Positions 1-14,291 are shown, numbered from the stretch's first letter. The stretch: DNA of 64,000 nucleotides from Zygnema circumcarinatum SAG 698-1b (GCA_037447605.1 CM074817.1:930001-994000); one strand, 5' to 3'. A program made the numbers and translations. Notes: generated from the sequence alone by a model not told the origin.

Positions 1-1340
1 ACGACGAGCCGGTCAGAAAGAAGTATGAGCTATGAGTCTTGGACTTGCTGAGAAATTTCCGCCCTTTTGCCATTCCGTGCAAGTACTGTACGATACAGTT
101 TCCTTGTTCATTTCGCAACTATACCTTTCACAATCGGCAACTATTGGACAACCATTGAATGGCAATATGGTTGGACGTCCAATGTTTCAAAGCCATTCGA
201 GTGGTTGGCAACCATTGGATCCAATGGTTGCCAACCGATTCAACGGTTGGCAATCATTCGAATGGTTGATCTAAATGTATGTTGATTCGAATGGTCCGAC
301 CTGTGGTACCTTTGACAGGTTTAGGGTTTGAATTCTTGACCTCATTTTTGGCGTCCTGTACTGTTGCAGTCAAGCAGATCCTTTGAAAATCACGGCTTCA
401 GATTCGTTTCTTTAAAATATCGGCTCCCAAATCGCACCAATCGCGTTGCAATTTTAGGATAGCGTATCACAATTTAGCGCTGTATGCGCAGGATGGACCA
501 AAACACAGATTCCTTTTGGATTGTGATTGAGATTCTTACAAGATCAAGTGATGTCTGATTCTGATTTCCCATCCGTTGCCATCAGTCGAAAACTACTGAG
601 TTTGTACTTTGTCGTACAAACTCGGGTTCACCATGTTGTGAAAGGCCGATCTGAGCCGTTCGATGCAATCCCTCCCAACGGCTGTCGCAACATGGGACGA
701 CATCACAACACCGTTGATTCCAATTCCTTAGGCGCTTTTGTATGCGACTCTTCAAATCTGTACGGACCGCGTACTTTGCCTTCTTCCAAATGTTGATCAG
801 GTTTGGCGCGAGTCTAACCTTGAACATGTCTCCACAACACAATGTTCATAAGCCAAATGAGAGTCAATGCCTCTGCAATGGCTATTTATGGACGATGATG
901 ATGAGACCTATTGACATTGTGTAGTTATTTAATCTATTATGGCATGGCGTGTGTGCCTGGTTTGTAACGGGTTTTTTCTCATTTTGAAGAGTATCCGCTT
1001 GGCTTTTGACATTATGAAGCTAAATGCTCATGTGAGATGTTCCCCTTATCCTGCAAAGGAAAGCCGTCTTCCGTCCGCAGAACTTATACTAGAGCATCTT
1101 CCAATGGTCATCCGCCACGTATGCTAAATTGTACACGTGGCAAAGCGCCATTGCCAGGTGCTTGACCATAGTTCACAACGGAAAAATGGCCCTGTCATTG
1201 TCGTCACAAAGCCCTACCTGCGAGAAAGACCAATTTGCCTCCGAATCGTACCGATACGATACAGTACGATATCCGACTTATTATTTCGATACATTTCCAC
1301 ACGATACGGTACGGTAGTCGTAAGTACGTACAGTACAGTA

Positions 1341-2808
1341 CAGTCAGCAGTCCTCATATTTTCCACCCTGTACAGTGCGTCCCCAAGAAATTCGCCCCGA
1401 TTTTGCCGAAACCACCTTTTTGTACGGTAACTCTGTGTTAGCCGTACTATTCGTACTATCCGTACCCCTAAACCCTAAAAAACCGTACTAGCCGTACTAG
1501 CCGTACTAGCCGTACTTGCTGTACTAGCCGGTACGGGATTCAGCAAAACTCACCGAATCTTCCCGCACGTGCCGCCGTAAGAGGCGCTCGCTCGTCTTTC
1601 CTCCTTGTCGGCTCCGATACGACACGATACGATACGATACTTAACGACACGGTACGATATGGTACGGTACGATACGTACGGTCCAACGTGAACTCTAACA
1701 TGAACTCTAACAATACCGCCCGTCTATTGGTAACACGAACCTTCTATTTGCAAAAATCAATATTTTCGCCTCATATTTGCCAAAACCATGGCGAAAATAT
1801 GAGGACTGTTGTAGCGTAGTGGAGCTGCGCTCGACGGATCCGCGTCAGTTCAGTTGTACTTGATATATGCCTCCTCAGAATCACGGATCGGCAGAATCCA
1901 GGAGCTGCCAACGGAGGATGTGAGAAGGCAGTGCCATGTGTTGGCGGCCCACGGAACAGCACATCATCCAGCAAGGCGCACTCGGAGCGCCGCAATTTGC
2001 CGCCGATAGTTATTAGTTGACCTATCATAAGGCTCCACATAGTCAGCCAGGCCACTCAGTGGGCAGTTGGCCAATTAGAGACTGTCACTACTAGGACTCA
2101 GGATTTGCTGTCAGAGATAGATAGATTGGATGTCAGTGATGCTAGTTTGTCTTTTAGTGCTGGGCTTAGTATTTGTATTTGCTGTGTGGTTTGTCGTCCT
2201 GTTCTTCTTTTCTTCCTCTCAAGCTCCAGCAACAGATGCTAGTAAGAGAGAGAAAGAGTTCCACTGCAGAGAGAGAGAGAGAGAGTCTTCTTGCTGATAG
2301 CATTTAGACATCCAATTCAGCCCAGCCAGACAAACATTTCAGTGAGAAGACACTTATATTGTAATGAGAATCCCCAGCCAATCGCTGGCTAGGGTGAGTT
2401 TCCAAGACACACCCTTTTTCTAAGCTGATTCCTATCTTCCCTTTGCTGCCTCTATGCCAAGCTCTGAACTTGCTGTATCCTGCCTTCCATTCCTCCCAAT
2501 GACCGATGATAACTAGGAGCCTAGCAAAGAGAATAGCTGAAGAGAGAACAGAAGAAGAGAACCCCCAGGGAAGGGCTCTTTGCGTATCGAGTCCGGCCGC
2601 CGGCGGGAACATCTTCAGGATCCCTACGTCTTCCGCTGCGCGTACCTCTGAATCCCCCGGTTCCTGGCTCTATGCTGCAGGCAGACCCACGGCCCCAATC
2701 CAACCCTTCATTAGTTTCAGGACAGATGCGCTAGTTGCCGTACAGCACCTGCAGCTAGATCAGCAGTCTCCTCTTAACCCCACTTATCTTGTGCTACACT
2801 GTTGACTG
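1341..2808. mobile_element. Tc1/mariner-type MITE (copy 1), right TIR interrupted by a solo LTR
   Basis: TA|CAGTCAGCAGTCCTCATATTTTC at 1341. With 1810-2798 and one CTGT removed, the right end reads GAAAATATGAGGACTGTTGACTG|TA (ends 2808), its inverted complement with 1 mismatch. The interior is homologous to 31364-31958. Confidence 0.75.
1810..2798. mobile_element. Solo LTR (989 bp)
   Basis: Termini TGTAGC...GCTACA (TG..CA inverted) flanked by a direct repeat CTGT (1806-1809, 2799-2802). No recognisable coding sequence inside. Confidence 0.7.
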
Positions 2809-3345
2809 TACTGTAACAATACAGTACAGTACAGTATTGTACAGTACAATATCCACTGTTACATCTCGGTACATCTCAACACGATACCGTAAAATAATCG
2901 TAACTCACGATATCGTGACTATACGATACACTACAATATCCAAGGCTACATTTCGATACATCTCAACCCGATATGGTACGGTAATCGTAACTCACGATAT
3001 CGTATCGTATCGTACCTTATGCCGATATTACGATGTTTAAATACAAACCGAAACCTTCGTTGGACGCCCTTGGAACTCGCCCGCCCAACATCATCCCCAT
3101 GCTGATGTTAGCATTGTCAACATCACCACAGTCGGATAGCGTGCTGTACGGATGGCTCAGAGCCCATCCTAACATAACTTCTCCGAAATGTTGGCACCCG
3201 CAACATCACTGTCCCCTGTTACAGTAATCAGCTTTTCTCTCCAGCGTCTTTCCTTCGTTGCAAAGCGGAGGGAGTCTTGGAACACGGGACGCTTCGCTCC
3301 CACTCTCTCTGTCTCTCTTTCTCTCTCCGTTCCTCTCTATCTCTT

Positions 3346-3385
<40 letters not shown>

Positions 3386-3426
3386 TCTCTCTCGCGCCAT
3401 ACTGAAGGCTCAAAGCGGGAGGCGCA

Positions 3427-6400
3427 ATGGTGAGTAATGCCAGCTGTTAGGGTTCCGCACTGACGGAAGGAGATCGGTAGAGATGCATGGGATATGAAGC
3501 CGCATTTGAGGATTTTTAGGGTTTGCATTATGCTCCCGACTGTATATGCATCCTGCAAGGCTTGATTAGGTCAGATTTGATCCTGCAGGATCATGCACTT
3601 GAGTGTGTATGATGCCTTGCAGGATGTCTTCGGCATGCAGGAAGCCATTGCTTGGTTTCTGTCCTTTTGGGCGCATTGGTTTTTGAAAGGAGAGAAACGG
3701 CAGGAGGCCTTTTAGGGTTGGACCTTTGGCATGCACCCTGATGATGCAGATGCGGATGCTGATATGTTTTTTTGGGGCTGCTTTTTGGGCAGCCGCTGCG
3801 GCTGGAGATCAAGGTGCGGCTCTTCTGCCTCTTGTGCGGGCAGCCAGGAAGAGATAGAGTGGGAGAGGAGGAGCAGAGAGGGAAGGGAAGGGAGGAGGAG
3901 AGAGGGAGAGAGAGACGTGGGAATGGGAAAGGAAAGGGGAAGAGAGAAGGAGGGGGGGAGGGCGAGTGAGGAGGAGAGAGAGGAAGCGACAGAGACAGGT
4001 GAAAGTGGGAAGGGGAAGAGAAGGAGGAGAGGGGGACTGCGAGAGAGGGGGAGGGAAGTGAGGGAGAGAGAGACGTGAGGATGGAGTAGGAATGTGAGGG
4101 TAGGAAGAAACGAACAGCTGATGAAATTAAGGAGTGAGTGTAGTCGCTGACTGATCCCCTTTAGGAATTACTTCCCCGCCTCTTTCTTGCAGCCCCCCAC
4201 CCCCTCTCGCTCTATCTCTCCTTGCGCTGCATTGCCTCTCCCCTCTCTTCCCCCCCGGACCTTTGCTTGCTGTTCTCTCCGCCGGTCTTGAACAAGTGCC
4301 ATTTTTTTAGCATGGCAAGTAACCTAACTGACTAACTAACTAGCATGATTGACCTAACCTACTGACTAACCTTGTGGATGGATCCGCCCCCGTGTAATTC
4401 CAGCGCAAGCTCGCCCAACGCTCAGATCGAGTGAAATGCGTTGATCTGCATCCAACCGAGCCATGGTAATATTTCGTTCTGCCTTTTAAAAACTCTTTTT
4501 TTTATGTTTATTGTGTTCTATTCCTGTTTTCTGTTTGTTCTCTTGTCCTTGCCCTTCAAACCGTCATTCTCAATGTGTGCATTTAAAGCACGTTATGTGC
4601 TTATGTTTTGCAGTAACTGATACTTTCAGCTGTGCAATTTTACTGACTTTTTTTTTTAAATGGCAGAACTGCATGTCTGAAATTAGCTATCTTAGTCAAG
4701 AATTGAACTGGCTCTAGGAAGGGGAAAATATCTAAAGAGAAAAATGACTGGGAGTGACTGCTGCCTGCTGTCTGTCAGCCTTTTGTCATTTTCTCATACC
4801 ATGAACTTTTTCTTGTAGCGTGCTGATCGATTGACAAGATTTGTTTTCTGGTTTTTTTTTTCTGATTCGCAGGATTCTCGCTACTCTGTACAAGGGAAGC
4901 GTCTATATATGGAACCACATTACTCAGGTTAGATCTCGGCAATTGTAAAAAAAACAGATTAAATAAGCTTGATAAATTGTGCTCGGTATTCCTTTGTAAC
5001 GATTGGTTTCGTTTTAGTCAACTCTTTTTCATGTAAGGGTTACCTGCTTCTTCATGTTTTTGACTGCGTACTGACTAGCCCAAGCAGGCACTCTCAAATA
5101 ATTAGGGCTGGAACTTTTACTTTTCGTTTATGGCTGTTGCAAAGGGTTTGCACTTTTTAGGGTTTTCATTTCCCGCGCCTTCGTACGTTTGTAGGGCGGG
5201 AATGATTGTCTCTTTAAGGAGCAGCCTAGTCAAGAACGTACTTTGAATTTGTCTTGAAGAAAGAGATTCCTAATTGAAGGGCTTCAAGGCATGCTATGTA
5301 GGGCAGGTGAAGGAAGTTTTGTTGCTGGAATAATTGTGCAGTTGCAGTCCAAGAAGTGTTCATGGAATTGTTGTTGTATATTGTGCATCAGCAAAAATGA
5401 GCTTAAAATTTGGAGTTTTGTGTTTCTGCAGACACTAGTGAAGTCTTTCGAAATGACGGAACTTCCAGGTCAGCATGCAGCCCCTGCTGTCCCCCATTCT
5501 TTTGCATTTCTCAAATTTCTAGCTTCAATCCTCTTCGCCGATGTTTCGCATACCTTCTTCCTCATATACCTCTTTCCATTTGTTACCCCTCATGATGGAA
5601 GAATTAAGCTTCTCGTCGCTGAACTTCTCTGTGTGGTGATCCTAACCCACCTCTTTTGTTCTTTTGCAGTCCGTTCCGCAAAATTCATCGCCCGAAAGCA
5701 GTGGATTGTGGCGGGTGCGGATGACATGTTCATTCGTGTCTACAACTATAACACAATGGACAAAGTGAAGTCGTTTGAAGCCCACACAGATTACATCAGA
5801 TGTGTGGCAGTGCATCCCTCTCTCCCTTATGTGATTTCGTCATCCGACGATATGCTAATCAAGCTCTGGGATTGGGACAAGGGGTGGACCTGCACCCAAA
5901 TGTTTGAAGGCCACTCACATTATGTCATGCAAGTCATTTTCAATCCAAAAGACACAAACACTTTCGCTAGCGCATCTTTAGATCGCACAGTCAAGGTATG
6001 TTTTTGATTCTTCCTTTCTACCATTCTAACTCTATGTTTGTACTGTGATGTAATGCGAGCAAATTCAACTACCTTTTGGGGTTGGATTCAAAGGGTTGCT
6101 CGTTTTTGCTTAGGTTGCATTACGATCGTGTCGCAAAGAAACAAAATACGAAAAGGTTAATTTTTTCACAATTTTGGGTCCTACTGCAGATCTGGAGTTT
6201 AGGTTCACCTGATCCAAACTTTACTCTTGAAGGCCATATGAAGGGTGTCAACTGCTTGGACTATTTCACCGGTGGAGATCGTCCTTATCTCCTCACAGGC
6301 TCAGATGATCAACTCATCAAGGTCTGAATATCAACTCATTTAATATCTCCGGTTTTAAGCATTTCCTATGTTGCTATGCTGACTTGGTTGTATGTCAATC

Positions 6401-9400
6401 TGTAGCTTGTACTTATTTGGTAATCTGAAAATCTTAAAATAACTTTCTTGTGTTTCTTTGTTTCTGTAAAGAATGCAACCTCCCGTGCCTGACCTACTTT
6501 TTGGTTTATTTTAAAGTAGAGATCTCCTTAAAAGTCATACGTGACCTGACCTATTTAGTAACTTTTTGAGCTGGAGAGGTGATTAAATTAGGAACTTCAT
6601 TAATGGACAGGAGGGAGTATTATGTATTATGTAAGAGAGGCGAAACAAGACATATAGTTAGAGACGATAGACTGAATTGGGGAAGATTCTAGAACACAAA
6701 TTCTTCCAAGCTTGAACAAATTAGAACTGCATTACATGATATCTCAGAACCTTGCCTGCCTCCTTTGGATTTCATTCCTTTGTAAGTTTCCAACTGAAAA
6801 TGAAATTTTTATTTGGGTCTTTGTGCATTCTTTGCAGGTCTGGGACTATCAGACTAAAAGCTGTGTTCAGACTTTGGAGGGCCATACCCACAATGTTTCA
6901 TCAGTTTGCTTCCATCCTGAGCTTCCCATCATCATTTCAGGATCGGAAGATGGAACAGTTCGTATATGGCATGCAACCACATACAGGTCCTTTTTTTTCC
7001 TTTTCTCTCTCTCTCTCCCTCTCTTCTTGAATAAATGTAACTTGTTTTTGAAGGTGCTTCACGCAAGCAGCAGTCTCTGTTCGAATGTTGTTTTCTGGTT
7101 TTAAAATTTTCCGAAACACTCCAGAAACACTACGTTGGTTAATTGGTGTGTTTGTGTATGCCTATTTTTGGTCATTTTTTTTCTGCAGGTTGGAGAATAC
7201 TCTCAACTATGGGCTGGAACGAGTTTGGACGATTGCATACATGAAAGGTTCCAACAGGTAAGGATACTTTGAAGGCTATGAAATGAAGAGAATTGCCGTT
7301 GATTGCGATAAAAAAGGTAAAATGCCAGGTGTTTTTCCCTGATGGGGAGGTGTAAGTGAGGAGCAGAATTTAGACTATCTAAGTCTCAGTTTTGTGTTCA
7401 CCATCTCCGAACTCAGCTGATGCATGTTCATGTAACTGCAGTTACAGTCCTTTCTTAGCTGATCCATTCTCTCCCTCTATGAAATGACACGCTTGATTCC
7501 TCACGAACAAGCCTATCCTTCTCCCCGTCTCCAACTATTGCTTGATCCCAACGCATTCAGATCTCTCACTCTCCCTCCCCTCTCTCTTTCTCCCCCTCCC
7601 TCTCTCCCTCACTTAGGATTGCCATCGGCTACGACGAGGGAACCATCATGATAAAAATTGGGCGTGAGGAGCCGGTTGCGAGCATGGATAGCAGCGGAAA
7701 AATCATTTGGGCCAAACACAACGAGATTCAAACTGTTAATGTGAAGGCGGTGCCCAGCGACTTCGAGGTAAAGTCCCCTCTCTGCCCTACATTTTGAACA
7801 CATATGGTTTCAATTGCCTTGAAATTTCAAGACTGACTTGGCTTGACTCGACTCGGCTGAACTTGACTCTTGGATTACTTCCAGAAAATTCAGTTACAAA
7901 CATCATATGCTTACTCTCATTCTCTCCAGCATCATGCTGCAGAATAAGATTCCTAAAATTCTTTGAATACTGACTTAGAATCACTCTATTCATTTTTTTG
8001 GTTGCCTGGTTCGCCAGCCAATGGTTGGCTGGGTCGGAATCAATCGTTCGCAAAAACAAATCGAATCTTACTTCATGTCTACAGTCCAGTTGACCTGCAT
8101 TTTGCTGCTTCTTTTCCCTTGATCCTTTTTGCAGCTAATCCAACTGAACGGAATGTATGCATGCAGGTGACGGATGGAGAGAGACTACCTCTCGCTGTGA
8201 AGGAGCTCGGCAGTTGCGACCTCTATCCGCAGGTACAACTTTCGTCGTCTAATGGGGCAGACCTTGGGACTGTTTGACTAGAAGTCTATGAATTCTGAAC
8301 TTCGAATCTTGTTTGACTTCAATTGCCACCTTTTAAAAGTGCTGGCCCTAACTCCTGTGATCTTCTGCCTCTTCCTTCCTTCCCCTCCTCCACTTCTTTC
8401 GTCCCCCTTTTCCACTTTCTTTACCTCCCCCTCTTTCTCTTTCTCTCTCCCTCTCTCCCTTGTCTCCCTTCTCCCAGACCCTGAACCACAACCCCAACGG
8501 CCGGTTTGTGGTGGTTTGTGGAGACGGAGAGTACATTATTTACACCGCTCTCGCATGGAGGAATCGCTCCTTCGGGTCCGCTTTGGAGTTCTGCTGGTCA
8601 TTGGAAGGGGAATACGCAGTGCGAGAAAGCACTTCAAAAATCAAAATTTTTAGTAAGAACTTTCAGGTAAAAGTTTCTTTCCCTCAATCTGAACCATTGA
8701 ATGGCTCACAACATTCACTCTGTTTTTTTTTTTTTTTGGTTTTGGCTCTTGTTTTCTGATTTGGAGCTGGTTCTGTCCTTGAAAGTGAGAGTGGAAATGG
8801 CAGCCTTTCAAGCATCTCAGTCGGAACAAATTTTGCTAGTTGTGATCTTTGAAAAGTACACAGCAATAACCCACAACCACAAACCACCAGGACAATGTCG
8901 TTCTGGAGAAGTGTTATATCTGCAAATTTGTGAAGCAAGTCCTTTCTTCGTTTTTCTTCAAGTGTTAAAGTTTTTTTGGCATATTTTGTGATGCAATTTA
9001 GGAGCGGAAATCGATCCGGCCCACATTTTCAGCAGAGGGAATTCACGGAGGGGCATTACTGGCTGTGCGCTCGAACGAATTTGTGTGCTTTTACGATTGG
9101 GCGGAATGCAGAGTGGTGCGGAGGATCGATGTTGCTGTCAAGGTAACAGTCTCTCTCTCCCTCTCTCTCTCTGTCCCCCTCCTCCCTCCCTATCTGTCTA
9201 CTTCAACCATTGTTTGGAGTTTCTAAAGGATTTGGTACCGTTGATTTTTTCATAAGGTGTCTCTTTTCCCCCGATCTGATTATCGCCTCATGTTTAATAT
9301 CCGTCATTTGTGGGGGTAGTAGTGCAAGTTCAATTTTTTTTTGTGAGTTTTGGATAATTATGCTGACAGATAAATCTGAATTTCTGCAGGAAGTTCACTG

Positions 9401-9971
9401 GTCTGATAGCGGAGATTTGGTGGCAATCACTAGTGAGACCTCGTTCTACATCCTCAAGTTTAATGTGAGCACATCCCATACCCTAATTTCTGATGTTTCC
9501 TTTAGCTCTTACCATCATATTGTTGTGCTTCCCTTCAACCATTTCTACTGTTCAGCTGTTTCTTTTCTTCAAACAGTCCAATCGCAGAATAATGCTTTTG
9601 TGTAATTCTTACCCCCCATCCTGCATATTTTATGCAAATTGTTATCCCCTTCGTTAAACTACTTACTTTGATTAGCATTTTCTTCATCTCATGCTTGAGT
9701 CTGTCTGTTGTAATTGTAATGCTTGTTTTGGTTTCCCACTTCTTCCATTGTTGTCTTGCAGAGAGATCTTGTGGCTGCATATTTGGAGGATGGGAAAGCG
9801 GTGGACGACCAGGGGGTGGAGGATGCCTTTGAGCTTCTCCACGAAGTCTCAGAGAGAGTGCGGACCGGGCTCTGGGTGGGAGACTGCTTCATATACAACA
9901 ACTCGGCGTGGAGGCTCAATTACTGCGTGGGAGGGGAGGTGAGTTGAGAGAGAAGGGGAGAGGGGGAGAGG

Positions 9972-10006
<35 letters not shown>

Positions 10007-13000
10007 AGAGAGTCCCGTGTATGACGTATGTCGGTTTTGCTTTGTGTACAACTACTTTGGGGTGTCAAGCTATCGCTTGGTTATGCTGTTGCAATACCAG
10101 ATCTGCATGCTGCTCTACTGACCTTTTGGCTTTTTTATATGCCAGTGGCACCCACTCAATCAAACACGCATTACATCTGTTTCTTATACTCTCGTTTAGC
10201 AGCAGCAGACTAGCAGTACACTTCAAACACTAAAATTTCTCTAAAAGAGGGAAGGATGAAACCAAATCTTCCTATTCTAGCAATCTAGAAAAACCTTTAA
10301 GCCTTTTAACTGAAATCTTTAACTCCTGCTTGTTGATTTTTTGTGCTACAGATAACTACCATGTTCCACTTGGACAGGCCCATGTACCTTCTCGGTTACC
10401 TCGCTGCTCAGAGCCGCGTTTACCTCATCGATAAGGAGTTCAAGTGAGTTACTATCAATGCTATTTCTATTCATCTGTTAATTGTTTTATATTCTTTTTA
10501 AGTATTTTTATTCGTTTTTTAAAGGAGGACAGCGGAGAATGCATGTTGGGACCCTAAAAACTATAACTGTCTGGAAATTCTATCAACTTAGACCCTAAAG
10601 CGGTAGCTTTTCGTACATCAATATGCAGCACAATGAAAGAACATTTTTGCTTGCAGAAGGGCTTCAGTTTACATGGAGTGTATACCAATTGTTGAACAAG
10701 TCTTTAGTCTCATGTTAGTCTGGCCGTATCGGATGTCTTTCTCTCTCTCTCTAACTTTCCCTCTCTTGTGAAATATGAAATATAAAATACTCCGTAACTT
10801 GATGCCGTTTCACTTCAAATGTTCAACCATACTGTTTATATTGTTTTTAGCACATTAGCATATGAGATCCCTTCCATGCTCACATGACTTGTATGTGGTG
10901 CATTGACAGCGTGATGAGCTACACTTTGTTGCTAAGCTTGATCGAGTACAAAACTTTAGTACTTCGCGGAGATATGGAGGAGGCTGAGAAGGTGCTGCCA
11001 AGCATTCCATCGGAGGAGTTAAACAGGTGCTGTATTTGTTTATTGCTATTGCAACCTTTATTAAGACACTTTTTGGTGTTTTAATTGGAGCTCTTCTGGT
11101 CTTAGAAGGTCTTGATTTCATTTTAATTAAGTTTCATTTAGTGAAGCATCAGAGGGAGTTTTTAATTTATGATACACAGTTCTCTGAAATATACCAAGGT
11201 GCGTCTGAAATATAGAATTACACATCTCGTTAGCTGTTAAGGTTGCATAGCTCCATACTATGCTGTCGATGCATACGCATACAGATGAGGCAGCTTAAAA
11301 AAAAGGAAAGAATGAACGAGGGAGCCAATTCTTTCTTTCTCGAAATCATCCTTTACTTTTTCCTTATTTCTTGGTCCTTTTTCTATGCAGTGTGGCGAGA
11401 TTTTTGGAGTCTCGAGGGCTGACTGAAGATGCCTTGAGAGTTGCCACTGATCCTGACTACAAGTTTGACTTAGCAGTCCAACTGGGCCAGTTGGAAATTG
11501 TATATGTAAGCTTCTTTTTAAACTTAAAAACTTGCCCCAATAAAAAAGATCTGGAGGGTTGTTTCACTATTCCTTTATTTTGATACCTCATCACTCTGTT
11601 TGTGGGTTCTATGTCCTTCGATTCACCCGTTGTTTGAACAATGCTCTAAGATAGTACATATATACATTTAATGCATATATTTTCGTATATTGATTGAATG
11701 ATGAGCAGGAAATCGCAAGTAAGGCCCAAAGCGAGTCGAAATGGAAGCAACTCGGGGAACTAGCCATGTCTGCAGGAAGGGTAAGCTTATTTATGCCGTA
11801 TCTCTCCTCATTATTCTCACACTTCCCCTCATTTTCTACCCCCCTTTTTTCCTCCGAAAATTTCCATTACCTTGAAGAACCCACTCAAAAACCCACTTCT
11901 TATTCTACATTCCGGCCCCGTAATTTGCAGTTCGAACTCGCAGAAGAATGCCTCCTTCAAGCAGCAGATTTGTCCGGTCTTCTCCTCCTCTTTTCCGCCC
12001 AAGGGAACGCGGGCGGACTGGAGAAGCTTGCGGGCTTGGCAGAGCAGCAGGGGAAGCACAATGTGGCCTTCCTCTGCCTCTTCCTGCTTGGAAATCCGGA
12101 TGCCTGCATCGAACTGCTTTGTAAAGGGTGAGAGTATGTGGGGTGTTGCATTCGAAGATATTTGGACGATTCAATTCAGCATGCATTCTTTCTGAAAATG
12201 ATTTGATTTTGTATGCATGTGTATATGTATGTATGCTTTTTCTCTTTAGCCAACGTTGTATTTTGGGCTGATTGGGAGTGATGAAATCCATATTTTCGGG
12301 CCATGGATTTATATTCAGAAAAAGTTTAGCTCGCCGTTGAAATTTTAGGGTTTCCAACGTTGGAGAGCGAGAGGGAGGGGGGAGGGGGAGGGAGAGGGAG
12401 AGGGAGAGGGAGGGAGAGGGGAAGGGAGATGGTGAGGGAGAAGGAGCGGGAGCGGGAGAGGGAGAGGGAGAGAGAGGGAGAGGGGAAGGGAGATGGTGAG
12501 GGAGAGGGAGAAGGAGCGAGAGCGGGAGATGGAGAGGGAGAGAGTGAACGAGCGAGAGAGTCAGAGAGAAGAGTGAGAGGTATGGGCGTTGGAAATGATA
12601 GTTTTTATAATTTTCACAGTTTTGTTATGTTTGGCTCCAACTGGCAGAGGACGCGTCCCCGAGGCGGCTTTCTTGGCTCGGACGTATGTGCCCAGCAAAG
12701 TGACGGAAGTGGTGGCGTTATGGCGGAATGACTTGAAAAAGGTTCGTCAAACCTGCAAACGATTGTATGCAGAAAATCCTCCTGAAAATTTTCTGGTTCA
12801 GAGTCAGATTCTTTGGGTTGTCTATAGGGTCCCTTCCTTAGTTTTTATTACGTTGCTGTCATTTCAATCGTCTGCATGACTTAGAATTAGCGACAAACTT
12901 CATACTTCCTTCGTCTCCTCTACCTCTTTCGTGCTCGCTTTCCATGCTTACTTCTTTTGCCCATCCACTCTTCCTCCCTCTCCTCTCCCCCCCTCCCCTC

Positions 13001-14291
13001 TCTCACCTATCGTCCGTCCTCTCTGTACTTGTCTGATGTTAGGGAAACGGCGCTTGTCATCGGAACGCTCAGAAATTTGGACTTTTAGCATGCTGGAATT
13101 CTTATTATAGTATTAGCATTCAAGGTTTTATTTTAAAGACCTGCTCTTGCCGATTGAAAGATTGGGGGTTTTCTATTTCTTCTTTTACAGATCAACCAAA
13201 AGGCAGCCGAGTCTTTGGCAGATCCTGCAGAGTACTCAAATCTGTTCCCCAATTGGCAGTTAGCCCTTAAGGCAGAGGAGAAGGTGAAGGCAGAGAAGTA
13301 TGTTTACAACCTTCTATTTTTTTTTTATATCAGTATATAGTCCGTGATTAAGAACAAGCTTTCTCCATTCTGGGTCCTGTAATGCTAAGAATCATGCAGA
13401 TCTTTGATGTGATTGAGTATTACTTTGATGCACACTCTGTAATTTTTTTTTTTTGGTTACGCAGGACTGACCTTCCTCCTGCTTATGAATATCCCAACTA
13501 TGTTGGAATCTCCAATGTGGACCTAATTGAGAGCTTGAGAGAGCTCGATCTCGATGGGCCAGTGGAGAATGGGCATGCGGAACTGGTAAGAAATTCGCAC
13601 CCAATCCAAAGCATTCTTAGCATGCTGTGTCTGTGAGTTGTTGTCCTCCGATGAGAGGGAGAGAAAGAGAGAGCGAGCGAGAGCGTGGGACGAGGGATTT
13701 TCTGTGATTAACTGTTTTTGACGAGAGAGTAAGCGGGAGGGAGAGAAAGAGAGGGAGGAAGCTGGGGAGGAAGAGGAAGAGGAAGTCTTTGATTAACTGT
13801 TTTCTTATGAGAAAGCAAGAGAGACAGCGGAAAAGAGGGGGAGTGGGACGTAGGAGGGGAAGGGGGGGAGAGAGAGAGGATTAGTATGGTACGAAGAATT
13901 GAATTGAAATCTAGCACGGAAACTTGTCTATGTAATTCCTTCAAGATAGTTAAACTCTTTAACGACACTCTTAGTCAAGGAACCTACTTTCTCCTTCCTT
14001 TCTTAAATGTCGAATTAATTGCACCGAATCTATTTTTGAACCACTCTCCCTTTCCCTCTCTCCCTCGCTCTCTCGACCCAATCGATTTCATCTCGTTCCC
14101 CCTCTCCCCCCCCCCCCCCCCTTTTCCTTGAACTCCAGGAAGAGGGAGACGAGGAGGCGGTAGTGGAGGACTATGAGGATGCGGAGGTGGAGATGGGAGA
14201 AGAAGGGGCAGTGGAGGAAGGCCCAGCAGAGGGAGGAGGAGAGGAGGACGATGACTGGGGGATGGAGGGAGAGGGAGTGGTAGAGCACTGA
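3427..14291 (+). CDS. COPB2: Coatomer subunit beta' (COPI), ~906 aa, 24 exons
   Basis: Exons 3427-3429, 3793-3813, 4404-4465, 4873-4927, 5432-5468, 5670-5995, 6190-6321, 6838-6986, 7189-7257, 7617-7767, 8167-8232, 8478-8666, 9002-9142, 9390-9464, 9762-9938, 10352-10443, 10910-11026, 11391-11505, 11709-11780, 11931-12127, 12648-12741, 13191-13297, 13465-13585, 14139-14291. All introns are GT-AG and the exons sum to 2721 nt. Translation starts [29 protein letters not shown], has WD40 repeats ([18 protein letters not shown]) and [14 protein letters not shown], and ends in an acidic tail. Confidence 0.97.
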
